Shown: positions 40,674 to 50,269 of the stretch, piece after piece | Numbering within the stretch: the first letter of the stretch is position 1 | Layout of the letters: every line of letters starts with the position of its first letter | DNA from: Pseudomonadota bacterium | GTDB lineage: Bacteria > Pseudomonadota > Gammaproteobacteria > Burkholderiales > SG8-39 | Length of the DNA: 64,000 bases | Assembly (NCBI GenBank): GCA_947455195.1 | Contig: CANGMI010000007.1 | Coordinates: 212,875 to 276,874 of the forward strand | Direction: 5' to 3' | Translations under genes and position numbers: made by a program | Notes under the pieces: generated by a model | Told to the model about the DNA's origin: nothing | What the model saw: the letters and a program-made list of their open reading frames with translations, nothing else | Databases searched by the model: none

Positions 40674-41050
40674 GCAGATTCTCCAGAGGGGCGATGGCCA
40701 TCTGCCGAGCGTTCGATGACGATGCCGACACGCTCGGCGTCTTTCAGGATGCCCAGTTTCGCAACCGACACGCGCGTCCAGGGGGCTCCGAAGCGCCCGA
40801 GGATCATGGCAGCCACCTGCTCGGCCAATTCCTCGACAAGTCCGAAGCGTCGTGCGGCAATCATCTCGCGGATGCCCTCCGCGACCACGGCATAGTCGAT
40901 CGTGTCGGCGACGCGGCCGCTTTCGAATACGCCGCGACCCGCCAGCGCCATGTCGATGTCGAGTTCCACGGTCTGCCGGGTGCTGCGTTCGCGCCGGTAG
41001 ATGCCGATCATGGCTTCGAGGCGCAGTGCGCGGATGAAGATGACGTCCAA
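40670..41050 (-). CDS. folB: Dihydroneopterin aldolase
   Basis: DVIFIRALRLEAMIGIYRRERSTRQTVELDIDM and TIDYAVV are typical FolB. TTG start at 41050. Confidence 0.8.
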   Translation of the reverse strand: MDVIFIRALRLEAMIGIYRRERSTRQTVELDIDMALAGRGVFESGRVADTIDYAVVAEGIREMIAARRFGLVEELAEQVAAMILGRFGAPWTRVSVAKLGILKDAERVGIVIERSADGHRPSGESA

Positions 41051-41157
41051 TCGGCTCGCCTTGCACGGGTCATTGATGGGGGTATTACAATCCGCGACCG
41101 GTCACATCGTGTGGTCGACCTTTTCGTTGTCATCGATTCTCGCGGTTTTTGATCCAA

Positions 41158-41781
41158 ATGACCATGGTTCTGCTTGTTGCCCTCGTTGCGTACCTGCTCG
41201 GTTCGCTCTCGTTTGCCGTCATCGTCAGCCGATTGAGCGGATTGCCCGACCCGCACACCTATGGCTCCGGCAATCCGGGGGCGACCAATGTGCTGCGTAC
41301 CGGACGCAAGTGGGCGGCACTGCTCACGCTGCTGGGGGATGCCGGCAAGGGGGTTGTGGCGGTGCTGATCGCAGCGCACCTGGGGGGAGGTGGCGAGGGC
41401 GCGACGGCAGGCTTGTCTGGCGCGGTTGCTGCACTGGCAGCCCTCATGGGGCACCTCTTTCCGGTCTTTTTCCGCTTTCGGGGCGGCAAGGGCGTGGCGA
41501 CTGCAGCAGGGATCCTGCTCGCGCTCGACTGGCGCCTGGGGCTGGCTGTTCTGGCGACCTGGCTTGGTGTTGCCTTTCTGTCGCGCTACTCGTCGCTGGC
41601 CGCCTTGTCGGCGTCGCTGGTCGCGCCTTTTCTGGCCCTCCTGCTCGGATTGCCGGTGGCCGGCATCGCGGCGGTGCTGGTGATGTCGATCTTGCTGTTG
41701 TGGCGCCATCGGTCGAACATCGTCAGGCTGGTACAGGGCCGCGAGACGCGTATCGGCGGGGAACGCAAGCAGGCAGATTGA
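41158..41781 (+). CDS. plsY: Glycerol-3-phosphate acyltransferase PlsY
   Basis: AYLLGSLSFAVIVSRL, GSGNPGATNVLRTG and FRGGKGVATAAG. ATG at 41158; the ORF-track TTG is at 41149. Confidence 0.9.
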   Translation: MTMVLLVALVAYLLGSLSFAVIVSRLSGLPDPHTYGSGNPGATNVLRTGRKWAALLTLLGDAGKGVVAVLIAAHLGGGGEGATAGLSGAVAALAALMGHLFPVFFRFRGGKGVATAAGILLALDWRLGLAVLATWLGVAFLSRYSSLAALSASLVAPFLALLLGLPVAGIAAVLVMSILLLWRHRSNIVRLVQGRETRIGGERKQAD

Positions 41782-41793
41782 CCCCGGCCCGGG

Positions 41794-42867
41794 TCAGCTC
41801 AATTTACCCACTTCAGCGAGCGGCCAGCGGGGTCTGACGCCAAAGGCACCCGATCGTGCTCGGGAGGCATCCCGGTCGACCCCCGAGGGTGCCGTCATGG
41901 GTTCGAGGCCGGCCGCCAGGCGAAGGGCGCCCACCAGTGCAATCATGGCTCCGTTGTCGGTGCACAGTGCAAGGGGCGGGTAGTACACGCGAGCCCCCGT
42001 CCGACCTGCAGCCGCATCGAGATCCCGGCGCAGATGGTGGTTGGCGCCCACGCCGCCTGCCACGACGAGTTGCCGATGACCGGTCGCCTCGAGCGCGCGC
42101 AGGCACTTGCTCACCAGTACATCGACGACAGCCTGCTCGAACTCGGCGGCCAGATCGGCCCGCTTTTCGCGCGTGTCGGCACCTTGGCGGGCTGCCGTGA
42201 GGACGGCCGTTTTCAGGCCGGCGAAGCTGAAATCGAGATTTCCGCTGTGCAGGAGCGGCCTTGGCAAGCGGATCCTGCCGGCCCGCCCTTCGGTCGCGAG
42301 AGCCGCCAGCGCCGGTCCGCCCGGGTAGCCCAGACCCAGCAGTTGTGCGGTCTTGTCGAAGGCTTCACCTGCAGCATCGTCGAGCGTGTCGCCCAGGAGT
42401 GCATAGCGGCCGATCTCTTGCACTTCCAGCAACTGGGTGTGCCCTCCCGATACGAGCAATGCCACGAAGGGGAAGGCCGGACGTTCAGGCGCCAGAAGCG
42501 GGGAAAGCAGATGTCCCTCCAGATGGTGTACGCCGATTGCGGCGATGCCGAGGGCTGCCGCAAGTGCATTGGCCACGCTGGCGCCCACCAGCAGGGCACC
42601 GGCCAGGCCGGGGCCTTCGGTATAGGCGATCGCAGCGATCGCCGACCAATCGGTAGCGCCCTCGCGGAGCGCTTCATGGATCAGCGGGACGATGCGCCGG
42701 ACATGATCGCGCGATGCCAGCTCGGGGACGACCCCACCATAGGCCCCGTGCAGGGCAATCTGGGAGTGCAGGGCGTGCGAGAGCAGTCCGCGTTCGGTGT
42801 CGTAGATGGCAACGCCTGTTTCATCGCAGGACGTCTCGATGCCGAGGACGCGGGTGGCAGCTTTCAT
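41794..42867 (-). CDS. tsaD: tRNA N6-adenosine threonylcarbamoyltransferase TsaD
   Basis: [28 protein letters not shown] and SGGHTQLL. An alternative ATG lies at 42876. The gene is divergent from rpsU, as in many bacteria. Confidence 0.9.
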   Translation of the reverse strand: MKAATRVLGIETSCDETGVAIYDTERGLLSHALHSQIALHGAYGGVVPELASRDHVRRIVPLIHEALREGATDWSAIAAIAYTEGPGLAGALLVGASVANALAAALGIAAIGVHHLEGHLLSPLLAPERPAFPFVALLVSGGHTQLLEVQEIGRYALLGDTLDDAAGEAFDKTAQLLGLGYPGGPALAALATEGRAGRIRLPRPLLHSGNLDFSFAGLKTAVLTAARQGADTREKRADLAAEFEQAVVDVLVSKCLRALEATGHRQLVVAGGVGANHHLRRDLDAAAGRTGARVYYPPLALCTDNGAMIALVGALRLAAGLEPMTAPSGVDRDASRARSGAFGVRPRWPLAEVGKLS

Positions 42868-43037
42868 CGCCCGCATTGTAGCGTCGCTGCGCGGTCAGGC
42901 TGCGATCCGGGCTCGCCATCGGCCCCTGTCGTGGGCGGACCGACCGCTGGGCGCAGCCTCGCCGCTCGCGCCGGTTGGCGCATTGGGTGGCAGCCTGGCG
43001 GATTTTCACATCCGTCAAGCCAGATCGATGTCGGCAC

Positions 43038-43066
43038 TTGCCGATCGGCACTGCGCTTGTTATGAT
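43038..43066 (+). promoter_or_regulatory. Candidate sigma-70 promoter of the rpsU-yqeY-dnaG-rpoD operon
   Basis: TTGCCG (43038-43043), a 17-nt spacer, then TATGAT (43061-43066), 40 nt upstream of the rpsU ATG. Confidence 0.35.
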
Positions 43067-43105
43067 CGTCGACCATTTTGCCTACACACCGTCTGCCGAG
43101 GACTC

Positions 43106-43318
43106 ATGCCGACTGTTCGCGTCAAGGAAAACGAACCCTTCGAAGTGGCGCTCCGCCGTTTCAAGCGCAGCATCGAAAAGACAGGGCTGCTTACCGAACT
43201 GCGTGCACGCGAGTTCTACGAAAAGCCCACCACCGAGCGCAAGCGCAAGCATGCGGCGGCGGTGAAGCGTCACTACAAGCGTCTGCGCGGCCAGCAGTTG
43301 CCCCAGAAACTGTATTGA
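43106..43318 (+). CDS. rpsU: 30S ribosomal protein S21
   Basis: [48 protein letters not shown] is near-canonical S21. Confidence 0.95.
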   Translation: MPTVRVKENEPFEVALRRFKRSIEKTGLLTELRAREFYEKPTTERKRKHAAAVKRHYKRLRGQQLPQKLY

Positions 43319-43335
43319 TCGCTGGCTGATGCCAC

Positions 43336-43352
43336 GCCGGCCTCTGGCCGGC
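43336..43352 (+). terminator. Stem-loop after rpsU (GCCGGCC-tct-GGCCGGC), possible partial terminator or attenuator
   Basis: Perfect 7-bp GC stem 18 nt after the rpsU stop, followed by a T-rich TGTTCTGG. It is positionally analogous to the internal terminator of the E. coli rpsU-dnaG-rpoD operon. Confidence 0.35.
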
Positions 43353-43477
43353 TGTTCTGGTCGATCGTTCTCGCCGCCCCGGATGGTCGCGAGCGGTCGA
43401 TCTCGCGGCGATCAGGGCATATCCGGCAGTCTGGGTCGTTGTCGTGTTCATCGTCCATCTTGCCAGCGGGTGCCCCC

Positions 43478-43924
43478 ATGTCCCTCAGGACCCAGATCAC
43501 CGAAGACATGAAATCCGCGATGCGTGCCCGCGAGGCCACCCGCCTTGGCACCATCCGCATGTTGCTGGCGGCGCTGAAACAGCGCGAAGTCGACGAGCGG
43601 ATCGAGTTGACCGATGCCGACGTGCTCACCATCGTCGACAAGGAAATCAAGAAGCGTCGCGACTCCATCGCGCAGTTCGAGAAAGCCGGTCGTGAAGACC
43701 TGGCTGCCACCGAACGTGCTGAAGTGGACGTGCTCGCTGCCTACCTGCCGCAGCAACTGAGCGAAGCGGAGATGGCTGCCGAGATCGACGCGGCTGTGGC
43801 TGCCAGCGGTGCGGTCGGACCCGCCGACATGGGACGCTTGATGGCCATCCTGCGGCCTCGACTTGCCGGTCGCGCCGACATGGGGAAGGCCTCGGCCATG
43901 GTAAAGGCCCGTCTCGCGGGCTGA
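43478..43924 (+). CDS. GatB/YqeY domain-containing protein
   Basis: MSLRTQITEDMKSAMRAREATRLGTIRMLLAALKQREVDERI is typical YqeY. Confidence 0.85.
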   Translation: MSLRTQITEDMKSAMRAREATRLGTIRMLLAALKQREVDERIELTDADVLTIVDKEIKKRRDSIAQFEKAGREDLAATERAEVDVLAAYLPQQLSEAEMAAEIDAAVAASGAVGPADMGRLMAILRPRLAGRADMGKASAMVKARLAG

Positions 43925-43938
43925 CTGGCAGACGCCGG

Positions 43939-45855
43939 GTGATTCCCGAGTCGTTCAAGCAGGAACTGCTCTCGCGCGTCGACATCGTCGATGTGATCGA
44001 CGCGCGCGTGCCGCTGAAGAAGGCTGGCGCGAACCTGTCGGCCTGTTGTCCGTTTCACAGCGAGAAGTCTCCGTCGTTCACGGTCAGCCCATCCAAGCAG
44101 TTCTATCACTGCTTTGGCTGCGGCGCGCACGGCAACGCCATCAGCTTCCTGATGGAGTACGGCGGCCTCGGTTACATCGAGGCCCTGCGCGAGTTGGCCG
44201 ACCTGTGCGGCATGAAACTGCCCGAGATGGAGCGCAGCCCTGGCGCCGCTGCGTTGTCTGCCGGCCCCAGTGTGGTCGATCTGGCCGAGTTGATGGCACG
44301 TGCCATGGCCTGGTATCGCGATCAGCTCAAGCGTTCGCCCCGCGCGATCGATTACCTCAAGCGGCGTGGGCTGTCGGGTCAGGTGGCAGCCCGCTACGGT
44401 ATCGGTTATGCGCCCGATGGGTGGCAGAACCTGCAGGGCGCCTTCACCCGCTACGACGACCCGCAACTGGCCGAGTGCGGGCTCGTGATCGTGAACGACG
44501 AGGGCCGTCGCTACGACCGATTTCGGGATCGGATCATGTTTCCGATCATCAATCCGCGCGGTCAGGTCATCGGGTTCGGCGGTCGGGTGATCGATGCCGG
44601 TGAGCCCAAGTACCTGAACTGTCCGGAAACACCGTTGTTCGAGAAGGGGCGCGAACTCTACGGCCTGCGCGAGGCGCGCGAGGCCATGCGCAAGCATGAC
44701 CGCATATTCGTCGTCGAGGGCTACATGGATGTGGTCGCACTCGCCCAGCATGGTGTCGAGAATGCCGTCGCGACGCTGGGCACTGCCACGACGCCGACGC
44801 ATGTCACCAAGCTCTTGCGGCAGGTGAGCGAGATCGTGTTCTGCTTTGATGGCGACCGGGCGGGCCGCAAGGCGGCCTGGCACGCCTTGCAGGTGGCGTT
44901 GGGCGTCGTACCCGATGGCAAGATGATCCGGTTCCTGTTCCTGCCGGCTGAGGACGACCCCGATACCTATGTTCGCGCTCATGGCGCCGAAGGGTTTGAT
45001 CGCGCGGCTGCGGGGAGCCTTCCCCTGTCGCGCTATCTGCTCGCCGACCTCGCCGAGCGGCACGGTCCCGACTCCGCCGAAGGGCGTTCCGCCCTGCTCG
45101 CCGAAGCCAAGCCCCTGCTGCAGTCGATGCGGGCTCCCTTGTTGCAGGCGCAGCTGCTGCGCGAGCTCGCCGAGGCAGGTCAGATGTCGGTGGCTGAACT
45201 CACCCGCGTGTTTGCTCTTTCAGGTGCTGCAGAGGCTGTCACGGGAGGCGGGCGCGGCGGTGAGCGCCATCCGCCCGAGGGAGCCCGTCCGGGCCTGCGC
45301 GCTGCACGTCCGGCAGGTGATGCGTGGAGCGCCTCGAGCGCACGGAGCAGCTGGCGATCGGGCCTGAACAGGCCGGTTGTCGATCGTGGACGGCCCGCCA
45401 ACGACCGGCGTCTGGAGCGGCAGATGCTGCGGGCGCTGTTTGCCGTACCCGAACTGGCCGCGGCGGTGCCGGTCGAACTGCTGCCCGAGCAGGGCGCCGA
45501 GTGCCAGGCTCTGCGTGACGTGGTGGCATTTCTGGCCGAGTCGCCCGGGGCAACGACGGCCCTTGTGTTCGAGCACTTTCGCAGCGGCCCCCATGCGCCG
45601 CTCCTTGCGCGGCTTCAGGCCGAGTTGCTCGGGCTCGATCTTGGGCAGGCAGGCGCAACTGCGGAGTTGCAAGGCGCCGTCTGTCAGTTGCGGCTGAAGG
45701 CTGTCGACGGCGAATTGGCCGCGCTCTACGCCCTCGGGTCACTTGGGGCGCCCGAGCGCGAGCGCGAGCGGGTACTCCGCGCCCTGGCCCAGGAGTTGCG
45801 CGAAGTCCTGCGCGCGAGCAGCGGTGCGCTCGACCGGGATGGCGCTGAATCATGA
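43939..45855 (+). CDS. dnaG: DNA primase
   Basis: Zinc ribbon CPFHSEKSPSFTVSPSKQFYHCFGCGAHGN, RNA polymerase core, TOPRIM (VVEGYMDVVAL, FDGDRAGRKAA). GTG start. Confidence 0.9.
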   Translation: MIPESFKQELLSRVDIVDVIDARVPLKKAGANLSACCPFHSEKSPSFTVSPSKQFYHCFGCGAHGNAISFLMEYGGLGYIEALRELADLCGMKLPEMERSPGAAALSAGPSVVDLAELMARAMAWYRDQLKRSPRAIDYLKRRGLSGQVAARYGIGYAPDGWQNLQGAFTRYDDPQLAECGLVIVNDEGRRYDRFRDRIMFPIINPRGQVIGFGGRVIDAGEPKYLNCPETPLFEKGRELYGLREAREAMRKHDRIFVVEGYMDVVALAQHGVENAVATLGTATTPTHVTKLLRQVSEIVFCFDGDRAGRKAAWHALQVALGVVPDGKMIRFLFLPAEDDPDTYVRAHGAEGFDRAAAGSLPLSRYLLADLAERHGPDSAEGRSALLAEAKPLLQSMRAPLLQAQLLRELAEAGQMSVAELTRVFALSGAAEAVTGGGRGGERHPPEGARPGLRAARPAGDAWSASSARSSWRSGLNRPVVDRGRPANDRRLERQMLRALFAVPELAAAVPVELLPEQGAECQALRDVVAFLAESPGATTALVFEHFRSGPHAPLLARLQAELLGLDLGQAGATAELQGAVCQLRLKAVDGELAALYALGSLGAPERERERVLRALAQELREVLRASSGALDRDGAES

Positions 45856-45858
45856 AGC

Positions 45859-45867
45859 TGGTACAAT
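45859..45867 (+). promoter_or_regulatory. Candidate extended -10 element (TGgTACAAT) in the dnaG-rpoD spacer
   Basis: Read directly. It lies 82 nt upstream of the rpoD ATG. No convincing -35. Confidence 0.25.
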
Positions 45868-45948
45868 GGAGGGTTCGCTGCATAGCCTGAGATGACGCTC
45901 CCGAGTCTGGGGACAGGTGGTGCACGCATCCAACGGCGAGGGAAGACC

Positions 45949-48936
45949 ATGGCTCAGGCAAGAAAGACAGCACCAACCGCCGCAAAGGGCAAGCCGCTCG
46001 GGCAGGCTCGCGCGAGCACCGCCAAGGGTGCAAAGACGGCCAGACCGGCTGCTTCCGCGTCTGGCAAGGCCAGCCCTGTGACCTCGAAGGCGCCATCGAG
46101 CGTCGGCAAGACAGCATCGCGTGCGGTCAAGGCCCCGGGTGTCAAGGTGAAGTCGTCTGCCGGTGTCAAGCCGGCTTCCCCCAAGGCGCCGTTGAAGGCG
46201 ACATCGCCGGTGAAGGCGCCTGCCAAGGGCAAGAAGCCTGCCAAGTCCAGCAGTCCGGCCAAGGGTCCTCGGAAGGCGAGTGCGCCCGCGCGCAAGGCCG
46301 CTGCCGGGAAGCCCGCCGCGAAGGCTGCCCCGGCAGGATCGAAGGTCGTGGTCAAGGCGAAGGCGCCCGTCACCGCCAAAGCACCTGTGAAGTTCACGGC
46401 GCCTGTCAAGGGAAAGGCGCTGGTGACGTCGAAGGCGCCCCTGAAGTCGAAGGCCCCCGTGAAGGCGAAGGCGCCCGTGAAAGTGCCCGCCCGGCCCGCT
46501 GCATCGTCCAAGCCCGTTGCCAAAGCCGTACAGACCCGTGGCAAGGCCCTCACCAAGGCCAAGCCTGCCGTTCGCGTCAAGCCAGCGGCCAAAGCGAAGT
46601 CCGCTTCGGGAAAGTCGGCTGCCGCTACCGTGGGTGGCAAGCGTACTGTCACTGCGGCGCCCTCGGCACTCGATGCCAGCGCCAAGCGTACGCCCGCAGT
46701 CAAGGCGAAGGTGGCCCCGGGAAAGGTCGCTCGGACCGCCTCGGTTCCTGAAGCGCGCGTCGTCGTGCCAGCAGCGGCCGCCAAGGCTGATGCGCCGACG
46801 AAAGTGAAGGCCGGGAAGGTGCCGGCGGCTCACGCGTCGGTACTGGCGACGCCGGCACCTGCGCCGGCCGTTGTGGCCTCTCAAAAGTCTGCTACCGCCG
46901 CTGGTGAGGCTGCCCCAAAGCCCGCCGTTGCGTCTCCCGCGCCGGTTGTTGCGCCTGCCCCAGCGCCTGCCCCAGCGCCTGCCGCAACGGCCCGCGCCAA
47001 GAGCGACAAGCCTGCGGCCGATGGCAAGAAGTCGCGCAAGGGGCGTGAAGATCGTCTGATGGAACTGGTGAAACAGGAAAAACCCGAGGATACCGAGGCC
47101 AAGCGCAACAAGCTGAAGGCCCTGATCAAGCTTGGCAAGGAGAGGGGCTACCTCACCTACGCCGAAATCAACGATCACATGCCCGACAACATGGTCGACG
47201 CCGAGCAGCTCGAGGCGATCACCAGCACCTTCAACGACATGGGCATCCAGGTCTGCGATCAGGCGCCTGACCGTGAAGAGATGATCATCGGCGACAACAC
47301 GCCGACCCCGGTGTCGGACGATGATGTCGAGGAAGAGGCCGAGGCTGCCTTGCAGACGGTTGATCCCGAATTCGGCCGTACGACCGATCCTGTGCGCATG
47401 TACATGCGTGAAATGGGATCCGTTGAACTGCTCACCCGCGAGGGCGAAATCGAGATCGCCAAGCGGATCGAGGACGGCCTGCGCCAGATGATGCTGGCCA
47501 TCGCGGAGCTGCCCACCACGATCAACGAACTGGTCGAGATGTGGCGCCGTGTCGAAGCCGGTGAAATGAAGATCGATGAGCTGGTCGACGGTGTCGTCGA
47601 CCCGAATGCCAAGGATGAGCCGCCGGCGCGTGAAGCTGTGGCGGAACTCGAAGCCGATCTCGAGGATGACGAGGAAGAGGAGGAGGAAGTCGATCCGGCC
47701 GCTGCCAATGCTGCCTCGCTGGCCCAGCTGAAGGCCGAGGCGGGCCCGCACTTCCAGAACATTGCCCGGCTGTTCGAGCTGCTCAAGGAGGAACTTGAGA
47801 AAAACGGCCACAAGTCCAGGGAGTATGCGCGGCATCGAGATGCCATCGGCCAGGAACTCATGCATGTGCGCTTCAGCGCACGCAACATCGAGCGCCTGTG
47901 CGATCTGGTGCGCAGCATGGTCGAGCAGGCACGTCGGCACGAGCGCTGGATTCGCGACCTTTGCGTGGACAAGGCCGGCATGCCCCAGTTGCACTTCATC
48001 AAGGTGTTCCCGGGCAACGAGACCAACCAGCGCTGGCTCAAGGGCGAACTCTCGAGCAACGAGTCCTATGCAGGCAATCTGGCGCGATTCGAGCCCAATG
48101 TGCTCGAGCAGCAGCAGAAGCTCATCGACCTGCAGGCGCGAATCGGCATTCCGCTGAAGGACCTGAAGGACATCAACAAGAAGATGTCCACCGGCGAGGC
48201 GAAGGCGCGGCGAGCCAAGCGCGAGATGACCGAAGCCAACCTGCGCCTGGTGATCTCGATTGCCAAGAAGTACACCAACCGCGGCCTGCAGTTCCTCGAT
48301 CTGATCCAGGAAGGCAACATCGGCCTGATGAAGGCGGTTGACAAGTTCGAGTATCGTCGCGGATACAAGTTTTCGACCTACGCGACCTGGTGGATTCGTC
48401 AGGCCATCACCCGGTCCATCGCCGATCAGGCGCGCACCATCCGCATTCCGGTGCACATGATCGAGACGATCAACAAGATGAACCGCATTTCGCGTCAGAT
48501 CCTCCAGGAAACCGGGCAGGAGCCCGATCCGGCAACGCTCGCCGTGAAGATGGAGATGCCTGAGGACAAGATCCGCAAGATCCTCAAGATCTCGAAGGAA
48601 CCGATCTCGATGGAGACGCCGATTGGCGACGACGATGATTCGCATCTGGGCGACTTCATCGAAGACCAGTCGACGCTGGCTCCGGGTGATGCAGCGCTGT
48701 ACTCATCGCTGCGTGACGTGACCAAGGACATTCTCGATTCGCTGACACCGCGCGAAGCCAAGGTGTTGCGCATGCGTTTCGGCATCGAGATGAACACCGA
48801 CCATACGCTCGAGGAAGTCGGCAAGCAGTTCGATGTCACCCGGGAGCGCATTCGCCAGATCGAGGCCAAGGCGTTGCGCAAGCTGCGCCATCCGTCGCGC
48901 TCGGAGCGCCTGAAGAGCTTTCTCGACAATTCCTGA
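45949..48936 (+). CDS. rpoD: RNA polymerase sigma factor RpoD (sigma-70) with a 370-aa Lys/Ala/Pro-rich N-terminal extension
   Basis: From codon 371 (ATG 47059) the sequence is canonical sigma-70: region 1.1 ([25 protein letters not shown]), region 2 ([58 protein letters not shown]) and region 4 ([30 protein letters not shown]). The upstream 1110 nt are in frame with no stop. A strong GAGGGAAG SD precedes ATG 45949. Confidence 0.9.
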   Translation: MAQARKTAPTAAKGKPLGQARASTAKGAKTARPAASASGKASPVTSKAPSSVGKTASRAVKAPGVKVKSSAGVKPASPKAPLKATSPVKAPAKGKKPAKSSSPAKGPRKASAPARKAAAGKPAAKAAPAGSKVVVKAKAPVTAKAPVKFTAPVKGKALVTSKAPLKSKAPVKAKAPVKVPARPAASSKPVAKAVQTRGKALTKAKPAVRVKPAAKAKSASGKSAAATVGGKRTVTAAPSALDASAKRTPAVKAKVAPGKVARTASVPEARVVVPAAAAKADAPTKVKAGKVPAAHASVLATPAPAPAVVASQKSATAAGEAAPKPAVASPAPVVAPAPAPAPAPAATARAKSDKPAADGKKSRKGREDRLMELVKQEKPEDTEAKRNKLKALIKLGKERGYLTYAEINDHMPDNMVDAEQLEAITSTFNDMGIQVCDQAPDREEMIIGDNTPTPVSDDDVEEEAEAALQTVDPEFGRTTDPVRMYMREMGSVELLTREGEIEIAKRIEDGLRQMMLAIAELPTTINELVEMWRRVEAGEMKIDELVDGVVDPNAKDEPPAREAVAELEADLEDDEEEEEEVDPAAANAASLAQLKAEAGPHFQNIARLFELLKEELEKNGHKSREYARHRDAIGQELMHVRFSARNIERLCDLVRSMVEQARRHERWIRDLCVDKAGMPQLHFIKVFPGNETNQRWLKGELSSNESYAGNLARFEPNVLEQQQKLIDLQARIGIPLKDLKDINKKMSTGEAKARRAKREMTEANLRLVISIAKKYTNRGLQFLDLIQEGNIGLMKAVDKFEYRRGYKFSTYATWWIRQAITRSIADQARTIRIPVHMIETINKMNRISRQILQETGQEPDPATLAVKMEMPEDKIRKILKISKEPISMETPIGDDDDSHLGDFIEDQSTLAPGDAALYSSLRDVTKDILDSLTPREAKVLRMRFGIEMNTDHTLEEVGKQFDVTRERIRQIEAKALRKLRHPSRSERLKSFLDNS

Positions 48937-48951
48937 GCGACTGCCAGGGAC

Positions 48952-49028
<77 letters not shown>

Positions 49029-49040
49029 GCAATACCCGAA

Positions 49041-49069
49041 CCCCCGCCTGGCAGCAGGTGGGGGTTTTT
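49041..49069 (+). terminator. Rho-independent terminator after the tRNA
   Basis: CCCCCGCCTG-gcag-CAGGTGGGGG (10-bp stem with one G-T wobble) followed directly by TTTTT. Confidence 0.6.
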
Positions 49070-49371
49070 CGTTCGCGGTCCGCTGACCCCCAGGTTCAGC
49101 GAGATTCACCCCCCGATCGCGGAGCTTGCGAGCGTCTTCCTGAACATGGAGGACGATTGCAGTCGATGCGATCACGGCGGGTACCAGTTCGATCAATACA
49201 AACCACCCCGAGAACTGGCACCCTGGGCCCAGAGCCACGCAGCGGCAGTCCATCGATGGATCGACATGATCCTGGTGAACATTCATTAACGCTCATTCGG
49301 ACAGGACTTTCATGTCTATTCTTGACATGGAGATTTTGTCACTTGAACGTCGAAACTGAAGCCCCTTTCCC

Positions 49372-50235
49372 TTGCGGGATCCGATCAAACTGTTCTGGTG
49401 GCGCGGGGCTCCCAACTTTGGGGACGCGATCTCGCCTGCCATCGTGAGCCATGTCTCTGGCAGACCGGTCGTCTGGGCGCCTCGCCACGAGGCCGAGCTT
49501 TTTTCCACCGGTAGTGTCATCGATGCTGCGCTCGACCTTCGCAACCGACCACCGCCCGATGCATCGAAGGCACTGCCCTGGGTCTGGGGTAGCGGTGCGC
49601 TTCTGCCCTTCGAACCTGCTTCGAACAACGCGACGCCGACTCAGGTACGAATCGCGCTCGTGCGCGGCCCTCTCACCGCCTTGATGCTCAACTGGCAGGC
49701 ACGATCCGTGGGGGATCCTGGCTTGCTCGTGGGCCATGTGACAGGCGTCACCAGGTCGCGGTCGCCGCGCTATCGGGCTGGCCTGGTGCTTCACCACAGC
49801 CAGACCGTGAAGCCCGAGGTGGTGAACCTGCTGGCCGCGCGTGGCGTGCTCAGCATGACGGGGGCTACAGACGACTACCGATCCATCATCGAGCAGATTG
49901 CCGACTGTGCGGTGATCTTGTCGAGCAGCCTGCATGGCCTTGTCTTTGCGGATGCGCTTGGCATACCGAACACGTGGCTGGTACCCGATGCGATTCATCG
50001 TGCTGCGCGCTTCAAGTTCCATGACTATGCTTGCGCGATCGGGCGCGTTCTCGACCCCCCAGCGGACGGGCCGCGACTGGAGGCTGTCATCACGGCGCTC
50101 ACCGGGTCGCAACCGGCATACTTCGCCCGGATACCGGCACTCATCGAATCGATCAGGCAGTCGTTCCCTGCGGACTTGCGGGCGGTCGCAGCCTCCACGC
50201 CTGCTACCCGCCCATCGGCCCGTGTGCCGTCCTGA
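49372..50235 (+). CDS. Polysaccharide pyruvyl transferase family protein
   Basis: KLFWWRGAPNFGDAISPAIV and ILSSSLHGLVFADALGIPNTW are characteristic of PS_pyruv_trans (CsaB/WcaK-like). TTG start. Preceded by a low-GC spacer. Confidence 0.75.
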   Translation: MRDPIKLFWWRGAPNFGDAISPAIVSHVSGRPVVWAPRHEAELFSTGSVIDAALDLRNRPPPDASKALPWVWGSGALLPFEPASNNATPTQVRIALVRGPLTALMLNWQARSVGDPGLLVGHVTGVTRSRSPRYRAGLVLHHSQTVKPEVVNLLAARGVLSMTGATDDYRSIIEQIADCAVILSSSLHGLVFADALGIPNTWLVPDAIHRAARFKFHDYACAIGRVLDPPADGPRLEAVITALTGSQPAYFARIPALIESIRQSFPADLRAVAASTPATRPSARVPS

Positions 50236-50269
50236 TATCCGTGCTGCGTTGCGGACGACTTCCGAGAAC

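Noticed and set aside
47640-47700. Poly-acidic tract ([15 protein letters not shown]) in RpoD as an anomaly
   Set aside because: Acidic low-complexity sequence between regions 1.1 and 1.2 / the non-conserved region is normal for primary sigma factors.
45850-48645. 931-aa ORF on the minus strand, opposite rpoD
   Set aside because: It lies antisense to an unmistakable sigma-70 gene. The translated product is an Arg/Gly/Leu/His-rich string with no recognisable motifs, the usual stop-free antisense frame of a high-GC gene.
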